Below are positions 1-8,511 of a stretch of DNA of 64,000 bases, piece by piece. This DNA comes from Candidatus Limnocylindrus sp. GTDB lineage: Bacteria; Chloroflexota; Limnocylindria; Limnocylindrales; Limnocylindraceae. The stretch is taken from positions 96,001 through 160,000 of the forward strand of contig JBBAWM010000002.1 of assembly GCA_040397175.1 (NCBI GenBank), written 5' to 3'. The first letter of the stretch is position 1. Every line of letters begins with the position of its first letter. Position numbers and translations under genes: made by a program. A model generated the notes under the pieces. It saw only the letters and a list, made by a program, of their open reading frames with translations, made no database searches and was not told the origin of the DNA.

Positions 1-682
1 TCGTTGCACGAGCCGTTGCCGTTAGCTGCGCTGCAACCAGGGCAAAGGCGGCGGCATAGAGCAGATCTTCGATGGGAGCAAGGCCAAGCGACACACCTGA
101 ACGCGGCGTAGGTGCGTACTGAAAGAGGTTCGCCGCGCACATCGCGTTGTCCACGATCAGGGTGAGTCCAAGGAATATCACAACAGTTCGACGGCTCCCC
201 TGGTCGCGCACGAGGAGTGGTCCGGCAAAGAGCAGTGCGCCCGCGGCGAGTCCAGCCGTTGCCGCCGTATATTCACCGCCGATGCCAGCGACCCGCAGAA
301 CGACAGCGACAGCGACACAGAGGCCAGCTGCGGCACCAGATCGGCCGGCGGAGAGCGATTGATGTCGTTGGCCGCCACTCGTCTGGCCCACGCTCATGAG
401 CACACCGACCAGCGCGGCAAGTGCGGCGAGGAGGGCGATCTCCTCAACGGGGAGGCCCGCGTTCAGTGCGCCACGACCTGGGAGCATGAGCAGCGTTGAC
501 GAGAGTGGCGTCGCGAACCACCCACGCCAAATGCCAACCGCATCTACAAGTAGCGCGGCGACGGCGGTGACGACGGTTACGGGGAGGAGTACCTGACGCG
601 TGACCGGCAATGCGAAGTGGCGGACCAGACCGCGCACACCAACCACCGAGAGCGCGATCAGGGCAAGGTACGCGGCGCCCAT
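1..682 (-). CDS. crtY: Fused two-domain (CrtYc/CrtYd-type) membrane lycopene cyclase; 3' end runs off the window
   Basis: Manual translation from ATG at 682 (TGATG overlap with the upstream stop), open to the window edge: MGAAYLALIALS...LLVDAVGIWRGWF...AGLPVEEIALL...LTLIVDNAMCAANLFQY...SGVSLGLAPIEDLLY. Two copies of the D...G..PxE(E/D) lycopene-cyclase-domain signature. Not in the ORF track. Confidence 0.85.
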   Translation of the reverse strand, partial: MGAAYLALIALSVVGVRGLVRHFALPVTRQVLLPVTVVTAVAALLVDAVGIWRGWFATPLSSTLLMLPGRGALNAGLPVEEIALLAALAALVGVLMSVGQTSGGQRHQSLSAGRSGAAAGLCVAVAVVLRVAGIGGEYTAATAGLAAGALLFAGPLLVRDQGSRRTVVIFLGLTLIVDNAMCAANLFQYAPTPRSGVSLGLAPIEDLLYAAAFALVAAQLTATARAT

Positions 683-1311
683 CAGCGTGTTCGCGCCGCC
701 ATCCGATACGAGACGAGCGAGAAGAGGGCGAGGGTGACGCAGAAGAGCAGCGCCGCGAGCACCCAGAAGGGTTCTGGATAGAGCTGCACGAGCCGGTCGG
801 TCACAGGATTGAAGGTCCAGGTTCCCGCGGCGAAGAAGAGGCCGTGGAAGAAGGAGAACGTAGTATCAAACGCGAGGGTGAAGGCGGCGGTGGCCACCAG
901 TGCCCCGATGGCAATGAGCGCCGCTCCATCGCGTATGGCCACGCGGAGCCAGCTCCGGCGGCGACGACGGGCGAGGGTCAAGATGACGAGTCCGCCGATT
1001 CCGCTGAGGAGGACTGCGCGAAGAAGCACGCCGACATCAACGAGGTGGGATCGCTCTTCGGCGGAGAGGAGCGGGGTGTCGCCGAGCGGGGCATCAAAGG
1101 CGCCCCCTGTCAGTAAATCCCCCACCAGGGCGTCAGAGAGCCCTTCGGCTACGGCTGGCTCCACCCCGAGCGTCGCAGGGGCGTCGCTGATCCCCAGCAA
1201 GAGGTGCACCACTGGGGGCGTCAAGAAGATCGCCGTCGTTGCGGCAATCGCCAGGGCCACGGCGGCGAGGGCGAGGAGCGCCCGCCGCAAGAGGCGGCGG
1301 AGGGACGTCAC
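682..1311 (-). CDS. lit: DUF1461/TIGR01906 integral membrane protein (lipoprotein intramolecular transacylase Lit-like)
   Basis: About 4 TM segments; motifs EERSHLVDV, FSFFHGLFF and WTF...DRLVQLYPEPF match the Lit/DUF1461 family including both conserved His; GTGA overlap with the upstream gene. Confidence 0.75.
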   Translation of the reverse strand: MTSLRRLLRRALLALAAVALAIAATTAIFLTPPVVHLLLGISDAPATLGVEPAVAEGLSDALVGDLLTGGAFDAPLGDTPLLSAEERSHLVDVGVLLRAVLLSGIGGLVILTLARRRRRSWLRVAIRDGAALIAIGALVATAAFTLAFDTTFSFFHGLFFAAGTWTFNPVTDRLVQLYPEPFWVLAALLFCVTLALFSLVSYRMAARTR

Positions 1312-1697
1312 GCGTCAGCGAGAACCTGCCCCTGTTCCCACCACGATCGGAGGGAGAGTGGGTCAGGGGCCGGCAGGCCAAGTGTCTGTGCGGTCGTCAT
1401 TACGACCGCCTGGAAGTGCTCCCACGGTGCCGCAGCGAGCGCCTCGACGCCGCCAAAGCCCGACTGAGCCAGGAGCTCGTGCTCACTCGGCCCAAGGAAG
1501 GCCAGGTTCAGGAGGAGTGCCTCATCGCGCCATTCGGCGACATCGGCGGTCGAGGCGTCCGTCTGGTCGGCAAGTGTTTGGCGGCGGGTGGGGGTCTCCG
1601 TTCGCTCAAGCAGGAGCCCTGTGGTGAAGATCCCCTGGGCCTCGAGGCGCGCAAGGTGCACCGGCTCGATTCGTGTGAGTTGACCGATGGCTGGCAT
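1308..1697 (-). CDS. DUF4332 domain protein (HhH-like repeats)
   Basis: ATG at 1697 preceded by GAAAGGGGGAG SD; pattern L.AQGIFTTGLLLE...TP.RRQTLA...W...LGP..HELL..SG and C-terminal P....RSWWEQ resemble DUF4332. Confidence 0.75.
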   Translation of the reverse strand: MPAIGQLTRIEPVHLARLEAQGIFTTGLLLERTETPTRRQTLADQTDASTADVAEWRDEALLLNLAFLGPSEHELLAQSGFGGVEALAAAPWEHFQAVVMTTAQTLGLPAPDPLSLRSWWEQGQVLADA

Positions 1698-1757
1698 GGC
1701 TCCCCCTTTCCCTCCCCGCAGCCTAGCGCCTCCCGCGGAGGCTGTGGGATGCCGATT

Positions 1758-1777
1758 TGTTACAGAATACTGTAACA
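1758..1777. promoter_or_regulatory. Perfect palindrome TGTTACAG-N4-CTGTAACA, candidate operator in the rhodopsin/carotenoid divergent promoter
   Basis: 8-bp perfect inverted repeat in an AT-rich intergenic region; a minus-strand TATTCT -10-like hexamer (1764-1769) lies in its centre. Confidence 0.55.
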
Positions 1778-1873
1778 GTTGCATAATATTACGGAATCGC
1801 AACATCTTGCCCAGGATTTGCGATACTTATCAACAGCGATCCAAGGAGGTCGCAGGTATTAGTGGAGGTCACT

Positions 1874-2668
1874 ATGGATGCTGTAATGGCATACAAGTTG
1901 GTCTACGGGTTCATGTCCCTTGCCATCGCGGCAATGGGCGCGAGCTTCTTCTTCTTCGTTTCCGCACGCGGAGCGCTGAAGGAAGGCAATCGAATGGCAG
2001 TAACGCTCTCGGCCACCGTTGTGCTGATCGCGTTCTACCACTACATCCGCATCTTCGACTCATGGGTCGAAGTCGGAACAAACCTCAAGGAGGTTCTCGC
2101 CTTGGGCGTCCCAGCCGGTCAGCAGCTTGCTACTGCGGCAGGGACCTTCAACGAGTCCTACCGATACGTGGACTGGCTCCTGACGGTGCCGCTCCTCGTC
2201 GCGGAGCTCGTGCTTGTTCTCAAGCTCGATAAGAAGCTTGAGAGCACGCTGATCAAGCGCAATGTGGTCTACGCGTTCTTGATGATCGCGACCGGCTACA
2301 TCGGTGAGAATTACACCGTTAATTCGATCCAGCTCGACAGTGGTCGCACCATCTGGGGCGCAATCAGCTCAGTCTTCTTCGTCCTCATCCTGCGCGACCT
2401 GTTCGGCGGGATCGATGCGTCGATCAAGAAGCAGAGCAAGGACATTCAGGGGATCTTCAAGATCCTCCGCGTCGTCCTTATCGCAACCTGGGGCGTCTAC
2501 CCAATCGCCTATCTGCTCCCAGCAATCGCTGGCAACCTCGGCCTAACCGCCGATGCTGGCCTTGCCTACAAGCAGATCGGATACACGATTGCCGACATCC
2601 TGGCGAAGCCGGGCTACGGTCTCCTCATTTGGAAGATCGCAACCCTGAAGAACGGTTCTTCGAAGTAA
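1874..2668 (+). CDS. Light-driven proton-pumping rhodopsin, xanthorhodopsin/actinorhodopsin type (DTE motif)
   Basis: 7 TM; helix [16 protein letters not shown] (D-T-E, Leu at the PR-105 tuning site), YHY His, helix E IWG, helix G DILAK retinal Lys; GGAGG SD at 1864-1868 before ATG 1874. Confidence 0.95.
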   Translation: MDAVMAYKLVYGFMSLAIAAMGASFFFFVSARGALKEGNRMAVTLSATVVLIAFYHYIRIFDSWVEVGTNLKEVLALGVPAGQQLATAAGTFNESYRYVDWLLTVPLLVAELVLVLKLDKKLESTLIKRNVVYAFLMIATGYIGENYTVNSIQLDSGRTIWGAISSVFFVLILRDLFGGIDASIKKQSKDIQGIFKILRVVLIATWGVYPIAYLLPAIAGNLGLTADAGLAYKQIGYTIADILAKPGYGLLIWKIATLKNGSSK

Positions 2669-2705
2669 TCCCCTTCCAGCGGCAAACCGCTGGTTTCGGA
2701 TACAG

Positions 2706-2738
2706 GAAAAGGCCCGGGGGAAACCCCCGGGCCTTTTC
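2706..2738. terminator. Bidirectional intrinsic terminator between rhodopsin and tRNA-Pro
   Basis: GAAAAGGCCCGGGGG-AAA-CCCCCGGGCCTTTTC perfect hairpin with A and T tracts; a second hairpin CCAGCGG-CAAA-CCGCTGG at 2676-2693. Confidence 0.85.
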
Positions 2739-2753
2739 TATTGGTCAACGTTG

Positions 2754-2830
2754 TGGTCGGGGCGACTGGATTCGAACCAGCGACCTCTTGCACCCCATGC
2801 AAGCGCGCTACCAAGCTGCGCTACGCCCCG
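2754..2830 (-). tRNA. tRNA-Pro(GGG)
   Basis: Reverse complement CGGGGCGTAGCGCAGCTTGGTAGCGCGCTTGCATGGGGTGCAAGAGGTCGCTGGTTCGAATCCAGTCGCCCCGACCA: cloverleaf, GGG anticodon, encoded CCA; upstream TGgTACACT extended -10. Confidence 0.97.
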
Positions 2831-2865
2831 AGTGGGTCCAAAGTTTTGGCAGTGTACCAGGAAGC

Positions 2866-3882
2866 CTAGCGCCACTCCCCTGCTGGTGAACGGCCGAGCA
2901 GCGCGCGCGCGAGTGCTTCAATCGTGGTTCCTCCATCGAGTGCAGCGACGACCGCTGCGGTGATCGGCATCTCAAGTTTGTGGGCCGCCGCAAGTTGTAG
3001 GGCTCCATGCGCCGTGCCGATTCCCTCCACCGTTGCGCCAATCTTCTCTACGGCTGCCTGCACACTCATGCCGCTGGCGAGGAGTGCGCCGAGCTTTGCA
3101 TTGCGGGAACCCGTGTTGGACGCAGTCACCACGAGGTCACCCACGCCAGCAAGTCCACAAGCGGTCTCTGTGCGGCCACCACATGCCTCAGCCAGGCGTG
3201 CCATCTCCGCAACGCCACGCGAAAGTAGTGCTGCAGCGGCATTCTCACCGTAGCCCAGCGCTCGGACACCGCTCACGGCAATGGCGATAACGTTCTTGAG
3301 CGCCCCGCTGATCTCGACGCCAACCACGTCGTCGGTGAGGTAGAGCCGAAGGGTGGGTCGAACGAGCCGCGTGCGCAGCGTCTCCAAGAGTTGTGTTGGT
3401 CCAGCAAGGACGGCTGCGGCAGGTTTCCCGATGGCTATCTCACTGGCAAGATTTGGGCCAGAGAGCACAGCGAGTTGCGTCGAATCTGCCCCAGCGGCCA
3501 GGAGCAGTTCTGAGGGACGCGCGCCGCTGCTCGATAACCCTTTCGAAGCGATCACGGTGGCGGCGCCTCCAGCAGCCTGCACAATGCGCTTCGCCGTTTC
3601 AGGATCGAGCTCGGTCGAGGGAATCGTGACGACAAAGGTGTCCTCAGCGGACAACGATGCCAGCATTTCGGTCACGCTGAAGATGCTGATTGAGGTTGGC
3701 AGTCCCACACCGGGGAGGCGGCGCGAGTTCACGCGCGCACTCCGAAGGAGGGCTGCCTCGTCGGGAGTTCGTGCGAGTAGCTCAATGATTGGGGCTGGTC
3801 GACCCTCACCCTGCTCTTGGCTCCAGAGCAACGCAAGGGCGGTCCCCCATGCCCCAGCGCCGAGAACGCGGATCGTGCTCAT
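2866..3882 (-). CDS. gpsA: NAD(P)H-dependent glycerol-3-phosphate dehydrogenase
   Basis: [41 protein letters not shown] motifs. Confidence 0.95.
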   Translation of the reverse strand: MSTIRVLGAGAWGTALALLWSQEQGEGRPAPIIELLARTPDEAALLRSARVNSRRLPGVGLPTSISIFSVTEMLASLSAEDTFVVTIPSTELDPETAKRIVQAAGGAATVIASKGLSSSGARPSELLLAAGADSTQLAVLSGPNLASEIAIGKPAAAVLAGPTQLLETLRTRLVRPTLRLYLTDDVVGVEISGALKNVIAIAVSGVRALGYGENAAAALLSRGVAEMARLAEACGGRTETACGLAGVGDLVVTASNTGSRNAKLGALLASGMSVQAAVEKIGATVEGIGTAHGALQLAAAHKLEMPITAAVVAALDGGTTIEALARALLGRSPAGEWR

Positions 3883-5336
3883 GCGCGGGGGGCGGGTTTC
3901 ACCTTTGCAGGCGCCCGCTTTGTTGAGCGCGACGAACGACCGCGCTCTCGCCCCTCCTCGGCTTCACGCTCACGAACGACGATTCGAATCGGCGTCCCCA
4001 TGAGGGGGTACTTCTCGCGGATCTGATTCTCAAGGAAGCGCTGCCACGTGAAGTGGACCTGGGCCGCATTTCGTGCGAAGACCACAAAGGTAGGGGGTGG
4101 CGTAGCGGCCTGGGCGGCGTAGAGGATTTTTGGCCGCTTGCTCCCGCTGTGGGCTGGCTCTTGGCGGGCTACAGCCTCGGCGATGAGGCGGTTCAGCACC
4201 CCGGTCGGAATCCGCAGATTTCGCGCATCGGCGGCGGCAACCGCCGCGTCCAACACCTTCGTCGCGCGCAAGCCGGTCACTGCCGAGATGGAGACGAGCG
4301 GAGCGAAGTCCAGGAATGGGGCTTGACGACGGAGTTTCCCCTCGATCTCGTCGAAGGTGAAACCATCCTTCTCAATCAAATCCCACTTATTCAAGACCAG
4401 TACAAGGCCCTTGCCCGCATCGATCACCGAACCGGCGATGTGCAGATCCTGGGCCTGCAGACCGGTTGAGGCGTCGATGAGGAGCAGCGCCACATCGGCG
4501 CGATCGAGGGCGCGCACCGAGCGCACCGTTGCCCACTTGTCAGCCGAAGGACCAGAGGCAACCTTGCCGCGCTTCCGAATGCCAGCGGTGTCGACAAGCG
4601 TAATCTGCCGGCCTGCATGAAGGAGCGTCTCATCGATGGCGTCGCGCGTTGTGCCAGCAACGGCGCTCACCACCGTGCGCTCACTACCAATGAGCTTATT
4701 GAGGAGACTTGACTTGCCGACGTTCGGCCGCCCCACGATGGCGACAGTTACCTCACCCTCGACATAGGCACTTCCCGCATCTTCGGGGAGCGCTTCGAGC
4801 CGCTCAACGATGACATCAAGCAGATCACCCGACCCGATACCGTGCTGGGCACTCACCGTATGGAGTCGATCGAATCCAAGGATTGAAAACTCTTGGGCGG
4901 CGCGATCCCGTTCGATGTTGTCCGCCTTGTTCGCCACAAGGATGATCGGCTTGCCACTGCGACGCAGCAACTGCGCCACCTCGCCATCGCCAGGATTCGG
5001 GCCAGTGGCGGCATCGACGAGCAGTAGGATCAGATCGGCGGCATCGACGGCGATCCGCGCCTGGTCTTGCACACCAATTTCGATCGGATCACCAACAGCG
5101 GGTTGCATGCCACCGGTGTCGACAACACGAAAGCGCATCCCATTCCATTCGACGATGCCGATAAGTCGATCGCGGGTCGTACCGGCGCGGTCTTCAACGA
5201 CGGCACGTCGCTCTCCAACGAATCGGTTGAAAAGGGTGCTCTTGCCAACGTTTGGACGTCCAACGAGGGCTACCAGCGGCAGTCGGCGCGGTAAGGACTC
5301 GCTTTCGACCGCTACATCAAACTCTTCATCGCTCAT
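3879..5336 (-). CDS. der: Ribosome biogenesis GTPase Der (EngA)
   Basis: Two GRPNVGKS P-loops, GTTRD, DTGG/DTAG, NKAD/NKWD, C-terminal KH-like domain. Confidence 0.97.
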   Translation of the reverse strand: MSDEEFDVAVESESLPRRLPLVALVGRPNVGKSTLFNRFVGERRAVVEDRAGTTRDRLIGIVEWNGMRFRVVDTGGMQPAVGDPIEIGVQDQARIAVDAADLILLLVDAATGPNPGDGEVAQLLRRSGKPIILVANKADNIERDRAAQEFSILGFDRLHTVSAQHGIGSGDLLDVIVERLEALPEDAGSAYVEGEVTVAIVGRPNVGKSSLLNKLIGSERTVVSAVAGTTRDAIDETLLHAGRQITLVDTAGIRKRGKVASGPSADKWATVRSVRALDRADVALLLIDASTGLQAQDLHIAGSVIDAGKGLVLVLNKWDLIEKDGFTFDEIEGKLRRQAPFLDFAPLVSISAVTGLRATKVLDAAVAAADARNLRIPTGVLNRLIAEAVARQEPAHSGSKRPKILYAAQAATPPPTFVVFARNAAQVHFTWQRFLENQIREKYPLMGTPIRIVVREREAEEGRERGRSSRSTKRAPAKVKPAPRA

Positions 5337-6289
5337 GCTGGTACGCCGCCATCGATTGAGGTGGTGCGGTATTGCGGTGTCGCGGCGGCTTCGAGGGCGG
5401 CTCGTGCAATGTCTTTCGCATTCGCGCGCACCTGCTCGGTGCCACCGAGTTCAGCAATCCTGAGGGCGACACGTTCGAGATCTTCAATCGGCGTACTGGT
5501 TCCTCCGGTGATGCCAACGGTGTGCACGTTTGCAAAGAGCGACGCGTCGGAGAGCCCTTGGGCAGATTCAATCTGCACGGCACGGGTGCCGCTAATCTCA
5601 CAGAGGCGGGTGAGCTCCTTGGTGTTGGCACTCCGAGTCCCGCCGACAACGATCATGAGTTGGACCTCGCGAGCGATGGCGATCGTATCCTCCTGCCGCC
5701 GAATGGTGACGGGGCACACCGTGTTGATGACCTTGAGTTCGTGGCAGCGTGACACGAGGAAGGCTGCCAGACGCTCAAATTTCCATGGAGGTTGGGTGGA
5801 CTGCGTGATCAGGGCCATACGCTTGCGACGCGGAATGCTGGCCCAATCCTCCTCCTCGTCGACCAGGATGGCGTTCGGCGCAAACCCTAGTAGTCCGACG
5901 ACCTCGGGGTGGTTCGGCGTACCAAGGAGGACGATCTCGTAGCCCTCCTCCACGAGTCGAGCGAGCTCACGATGCTCCTGTGTCACCCAGGTACAGGTGC
6001 CATCGATGACCTCTAGGCCGCGTTCTGCCGCACGACCGAGCACCTCAGGGGTGACGCCATGTGCACGGATGACCACGGCTGTGCCCGATGCGACCTCATC
6101 AAGCTGGTCGACGTTCTTAATCCCTCGGGCGCGCAGGTCAGCGATCAGCCCCTCGTTGTGTACAACGTGCCCAAGGGTATGGGTCTCTTTGCCGCTAGCG
6201 CGGGCGATCTTGGCCTTATCGATGGCCTCACGGACGCCATAGCAGACGCCTGTACGCTTCGCGATCACGATGTTCTCGACGCTTCCCAT
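5333..6289 (-). CDS. ispH: 4-hydroxy-3-methylbut-2-enyl diphosphate reductase
   Basis: GVCYGV, VHN, RAHG, DGTC, HPEV, QSTQ, NTVC, SANT, GTSTP; three cluster Cys; start placed at ATG 6289 (leaderless -10). Confidence 0.95.
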   Translation of the reverse strand: MGSVENIVIAKRTGVCYGVREAIDKAKIARASGKETHTLGHVVHNEGLIADLRARGIKNVDQLDEVASGTAVVIRAHGVTPEVLGRAAERGLEVIDGTCTWVTQEHRELARLVEEGYEIVLLGTPNHPEVVGLLGFAPNAILVDEEEDWASIPRRKRMALITQSTQPPWKFERLAAFLVSRCHELKVINTVCPVTIRRQEDTIAIAREVQLMIVVGGTRSANTKELTRLCEISGTRAVQIESAQGLSDASLFANVHTVGITGGTSTPIEDLERVALRIAELGGTEQVRANAKDIARAALEAAATPQYRTTSIDGGVPA

Positions 6290-6314
6290 GCAGGCATTAT
6301 CGCCCACCCCGCCC

Positions 6315-6965
6315 CTAGGGCCGATTCGCCTCCGGAAGCAGTGCCGCGACAGCGTCATGGATGGCGCCGCTCACCGCGGCAAGCTCAGGCCGCGACCCTT
6401 CCACGCGAGGAATCTCCACCGGCTCCCCAATCGTCAGGGTGACGCGGGGAACGCGACGTGGGATCAGGGAGCCCTTGCGCCAGAGACCGTCGGTACCGGT
6501 GACCGCCACTGGCAGAATGGGAACGCCGCTCCGCAGCGCGAGGAGGGCTGCCCCATCGCGAAATGGACGCAAGACGCCGTCGGGCGAGCGTGTCCCCTCC
6601 GGATAGATCCCGAGGATCCGCCCTTCGCCGAGCATGCGCTCGGCCAACCGGAATGCCTCGAGATCCGCGGCGCCGCGTCGCACCCCAAAGACGCCGTTCA
6701 CTCGTAGGAACCAGCCGATCAACGGCCAGCGCATCGCCTCGGCCTTCCCCATGTAGGTCATCGGGCGACCGGTAGCGGGGGTGAGCCAGCAGGCAAGTAG
6801 AACGGGATCTACCCACGAGATGTGGTTTGAAGCGAGCAGCGCGGCGCCCGTCTTGGGGATTCGTTCAAGACCGTGCACAACGATCTCTCCAGCCAGCCGC
6901 TCCATCGCCCAGCGGCCGAATCGCTCCGAGAGGCGCATCCCGATCGGAATCCGCTCCGTCGTCAT
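6315..6965 (-). CDS. plsC: 1-acyl-sn-glycerol-3-phosphate acyltransferase
   Basis: NHISWVD (HX4D) and YPEGTRS motifs. Confidence 0.9.
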   Translation of the reverse strand: MTTERIPIGMRLSERFGRWAMERLAGEIVVHGLERIPKTGAALLASNHISWVDPVLLACWLTPATGRPMTYMGKAEAMRWPLIGWFLRVNGVFGVRRGAADLEAFRLAERMLGEGRILGIYPEGTRSPDGVLRPFRDGAALLALRSGVPILPVAVTGTDGLWRKGSLIPRRVPRVTLTIGEPVEIPRVEGSRPELAAVSGAIHDAVAALLPEANRP

Positions 6966-7663
6966 CGTGCGACCTTACGCGCCTCAGTCACAACTCGTTC
7001 CACCACCTCGGATAGATCCAGGAGATCTGTGTGCACCACGATGGCATCATCGGCCGCTACCAGTGGAGCGACGGGGCGAGCCCGATCCTCTGCGTCGCGC
7101 GCAACCAGGCTAGAGAGGATCAGTTGATGCTCCGACGATCCAAGGTCAAATCCACGCTGCACGGCACGTCGCGCTGCACGCGCCTCCGCCGTAGCATCGA
7201 GGTAGATCTTGCACTCGGCGTCGGGGAGGACCACCGTGCCAATATCGCGCCCTGCAAGAACCGCCCCGCCGCGGGCCGCGACGTTTCGCTGCACGTTACG
7301 AAGGGCATCACGAACGCTCGCAATCGATGCAACCGCAGGAACGTACTGCTCAACATCTGCAGCTTCGAGTTGCGTATCTACAAGCGAGACGCCGCCGACG
7401 ACCATGGTCAAACTCATGCCGCTCCCCTGCGCATCGGTTGCACGTGCCAAATCTGTGAGGTCGTGCCGCAGCTGCTCATAGGGTGCACCAGCCACCTCCG
7501 CCGCCGTAATGGGATCGGTAAACCAACCGAGATCAATCGCGCGCCGGGTGATCGCTCGATAGAGCAGGCCAGTATCAAGGAATCCAATACCGAGCTCTTC
7601 TGCAACAAGCCGACCAACGCTGCTCTTACCGCTCGAGGCTGGCCCGTCAATGGCAATGCGCAT
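6962..7663 (-). CDS. cmk: Cytidylate kinase
   Basis: IAIDGPASSGKSS, DTGLLYR, GRDIGTVV.PDA motifs. Confidence 0.95.
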   Translation of the reverse strand: MRIAIDGPASSGKSSVGRLVAEELGIGFLDTGLLYRAITRRAIDLGWFTDPITAAEVAGAPYEQLRHDLTDLARATDAQGSGMSLTMVVGGVSLVDTQLEAADVEQYVPAVASIASVRDALRNVQRNVAARGGAVLAGRDIGTVVLPDAECKIYLDATAEARAARRAVQRGFDLGSSEHQLILSSLVARDAEDRARPVAPLVAADDAIVVHTDLLDLSEVVERVVTEARKVAR

Positions 7664-8511
7664 TATGTGCTCGTGGGTGCGACGGGCCGCGCCTTGCTCT
7701 TTGGCGCCGCAACGAGTGCACGGGTGAGCTCCTGTCGTTCAGCGTCGGTGATGAGGCGTAGTTCGCCGGGGGTGAGCCCGCCGAGGCGCACCGGCCCGTA
7801 TCCAACGCGGATCAGTCGCAGGACGGGATGACTGATCGCACCGTAGAGTCGGCGTACCTCATGGTGTCGCCCCTCGCCGATAGAGATGAAGCTCCACTGG
7901 CCCGGATCCATGTCGCCGCCACGCACATCTTCTGGGAGATCATCATCGCGGTGTACACCGCGTGCCTCAATCGCATGTGCCCAGCCATCAGTGAGCCGAA
8001 TGCCTGCACGTAGCCGTTGAAACTCAGCCTCCGCGACCATCGCTTTCGTCGCCGCAGCATAGGCGCGGCGAAGGCCGGCACGAGGGTGTGCCAGTGGCGA
8101 GACCACGCGGCGCTCCTCGGTGAGCAGGAGTAGTCCTTCGCTCTCTCGATCAAGTCGGCCGATGGAGAGCATGCGCGCTGCACGTTCTACACCGAGTGCC
8201 GGGGTCAACGCTTGCGGCAGGGTGATGGTGGCGTAGGGATCAGCATGGGTGGTGGTGACGCCTACCGGTTTGTACCAGGCGAACACATCGGCGCCACCCA
8301 GTCCGTCGCCACTCTCCACAGAAGGGCGCGGCTTTGCTACCAAGGCCTTGCCATCGAGCTCAAGAGGGTCCAACGCATCAAGGCGCTCCCCCAGTGCCAC
8401 TGGGCGCCCTCCCGTAGTGACACGGTGTCCGGCGATGGCCGTGTCGGCACCGCGACGGGAGAGGCCTGAGCGCTCGGCAACGAGGACGTTGACCCGAATC
8501 AGATCAGTCAG
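7663..8511 (-). CDS. rluB: rRNA pseudouridine synthase (RluB/RsuA family); start uncertain, possibly CTG at 8511
   Basis: S4-like SRRGAD, KPVG, catalytic GRLD, EGRHHEVRR, L.RV.YG; adjacent to scpB and cmk. Confidence 0.88.
   Translation of the reverse strand: MTDLIRVNVLVAERSGLSRRGADTAIAGHRVTTGGRPVALGERLDALDPLELDGKALVAKPRPSVESGDGLGGADVFAWYKPVGVTTTHADPYATITLPQALTPALGVERAARMLSIGRLDRESEGLLLLTEERRVVSPLAHPRAGLRRAYAAATKAMVAEAEFQRLRAGIRLTDGWAHAIEARGVHRDDDLPEDVRGGDMDPGQWSFISIGEGRHHEVRRLYGAISHPVLRLIRVGYGPVRLGGLTPGELRLITDAERQELTRALVAAPKSKARPVAPTST

Noticed and set aside
300-318. Short tandem repeat (CGACAG)x3
   Set aside because: Encodes Val-Ala repeats in a transmembrane helix of the cyclase; not a CRISPR or regulatory repeat.
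1778-1803. Possible dif site (TTATGCAACT on minus resembles a XerD arm)
   Set aside because: No matching XerC arm at the 6-bp spacing; better explained as AT-rich promoter DNA.
1-2760. Rhodopsin module as an island integrated at the tRNA-Pro 3' end
   Set aside because: No integrase, no duplicated tRNA end within the window, and the rhodopsin's lower GC fits high-expression codon bias; cannot be excluded without the left flank.
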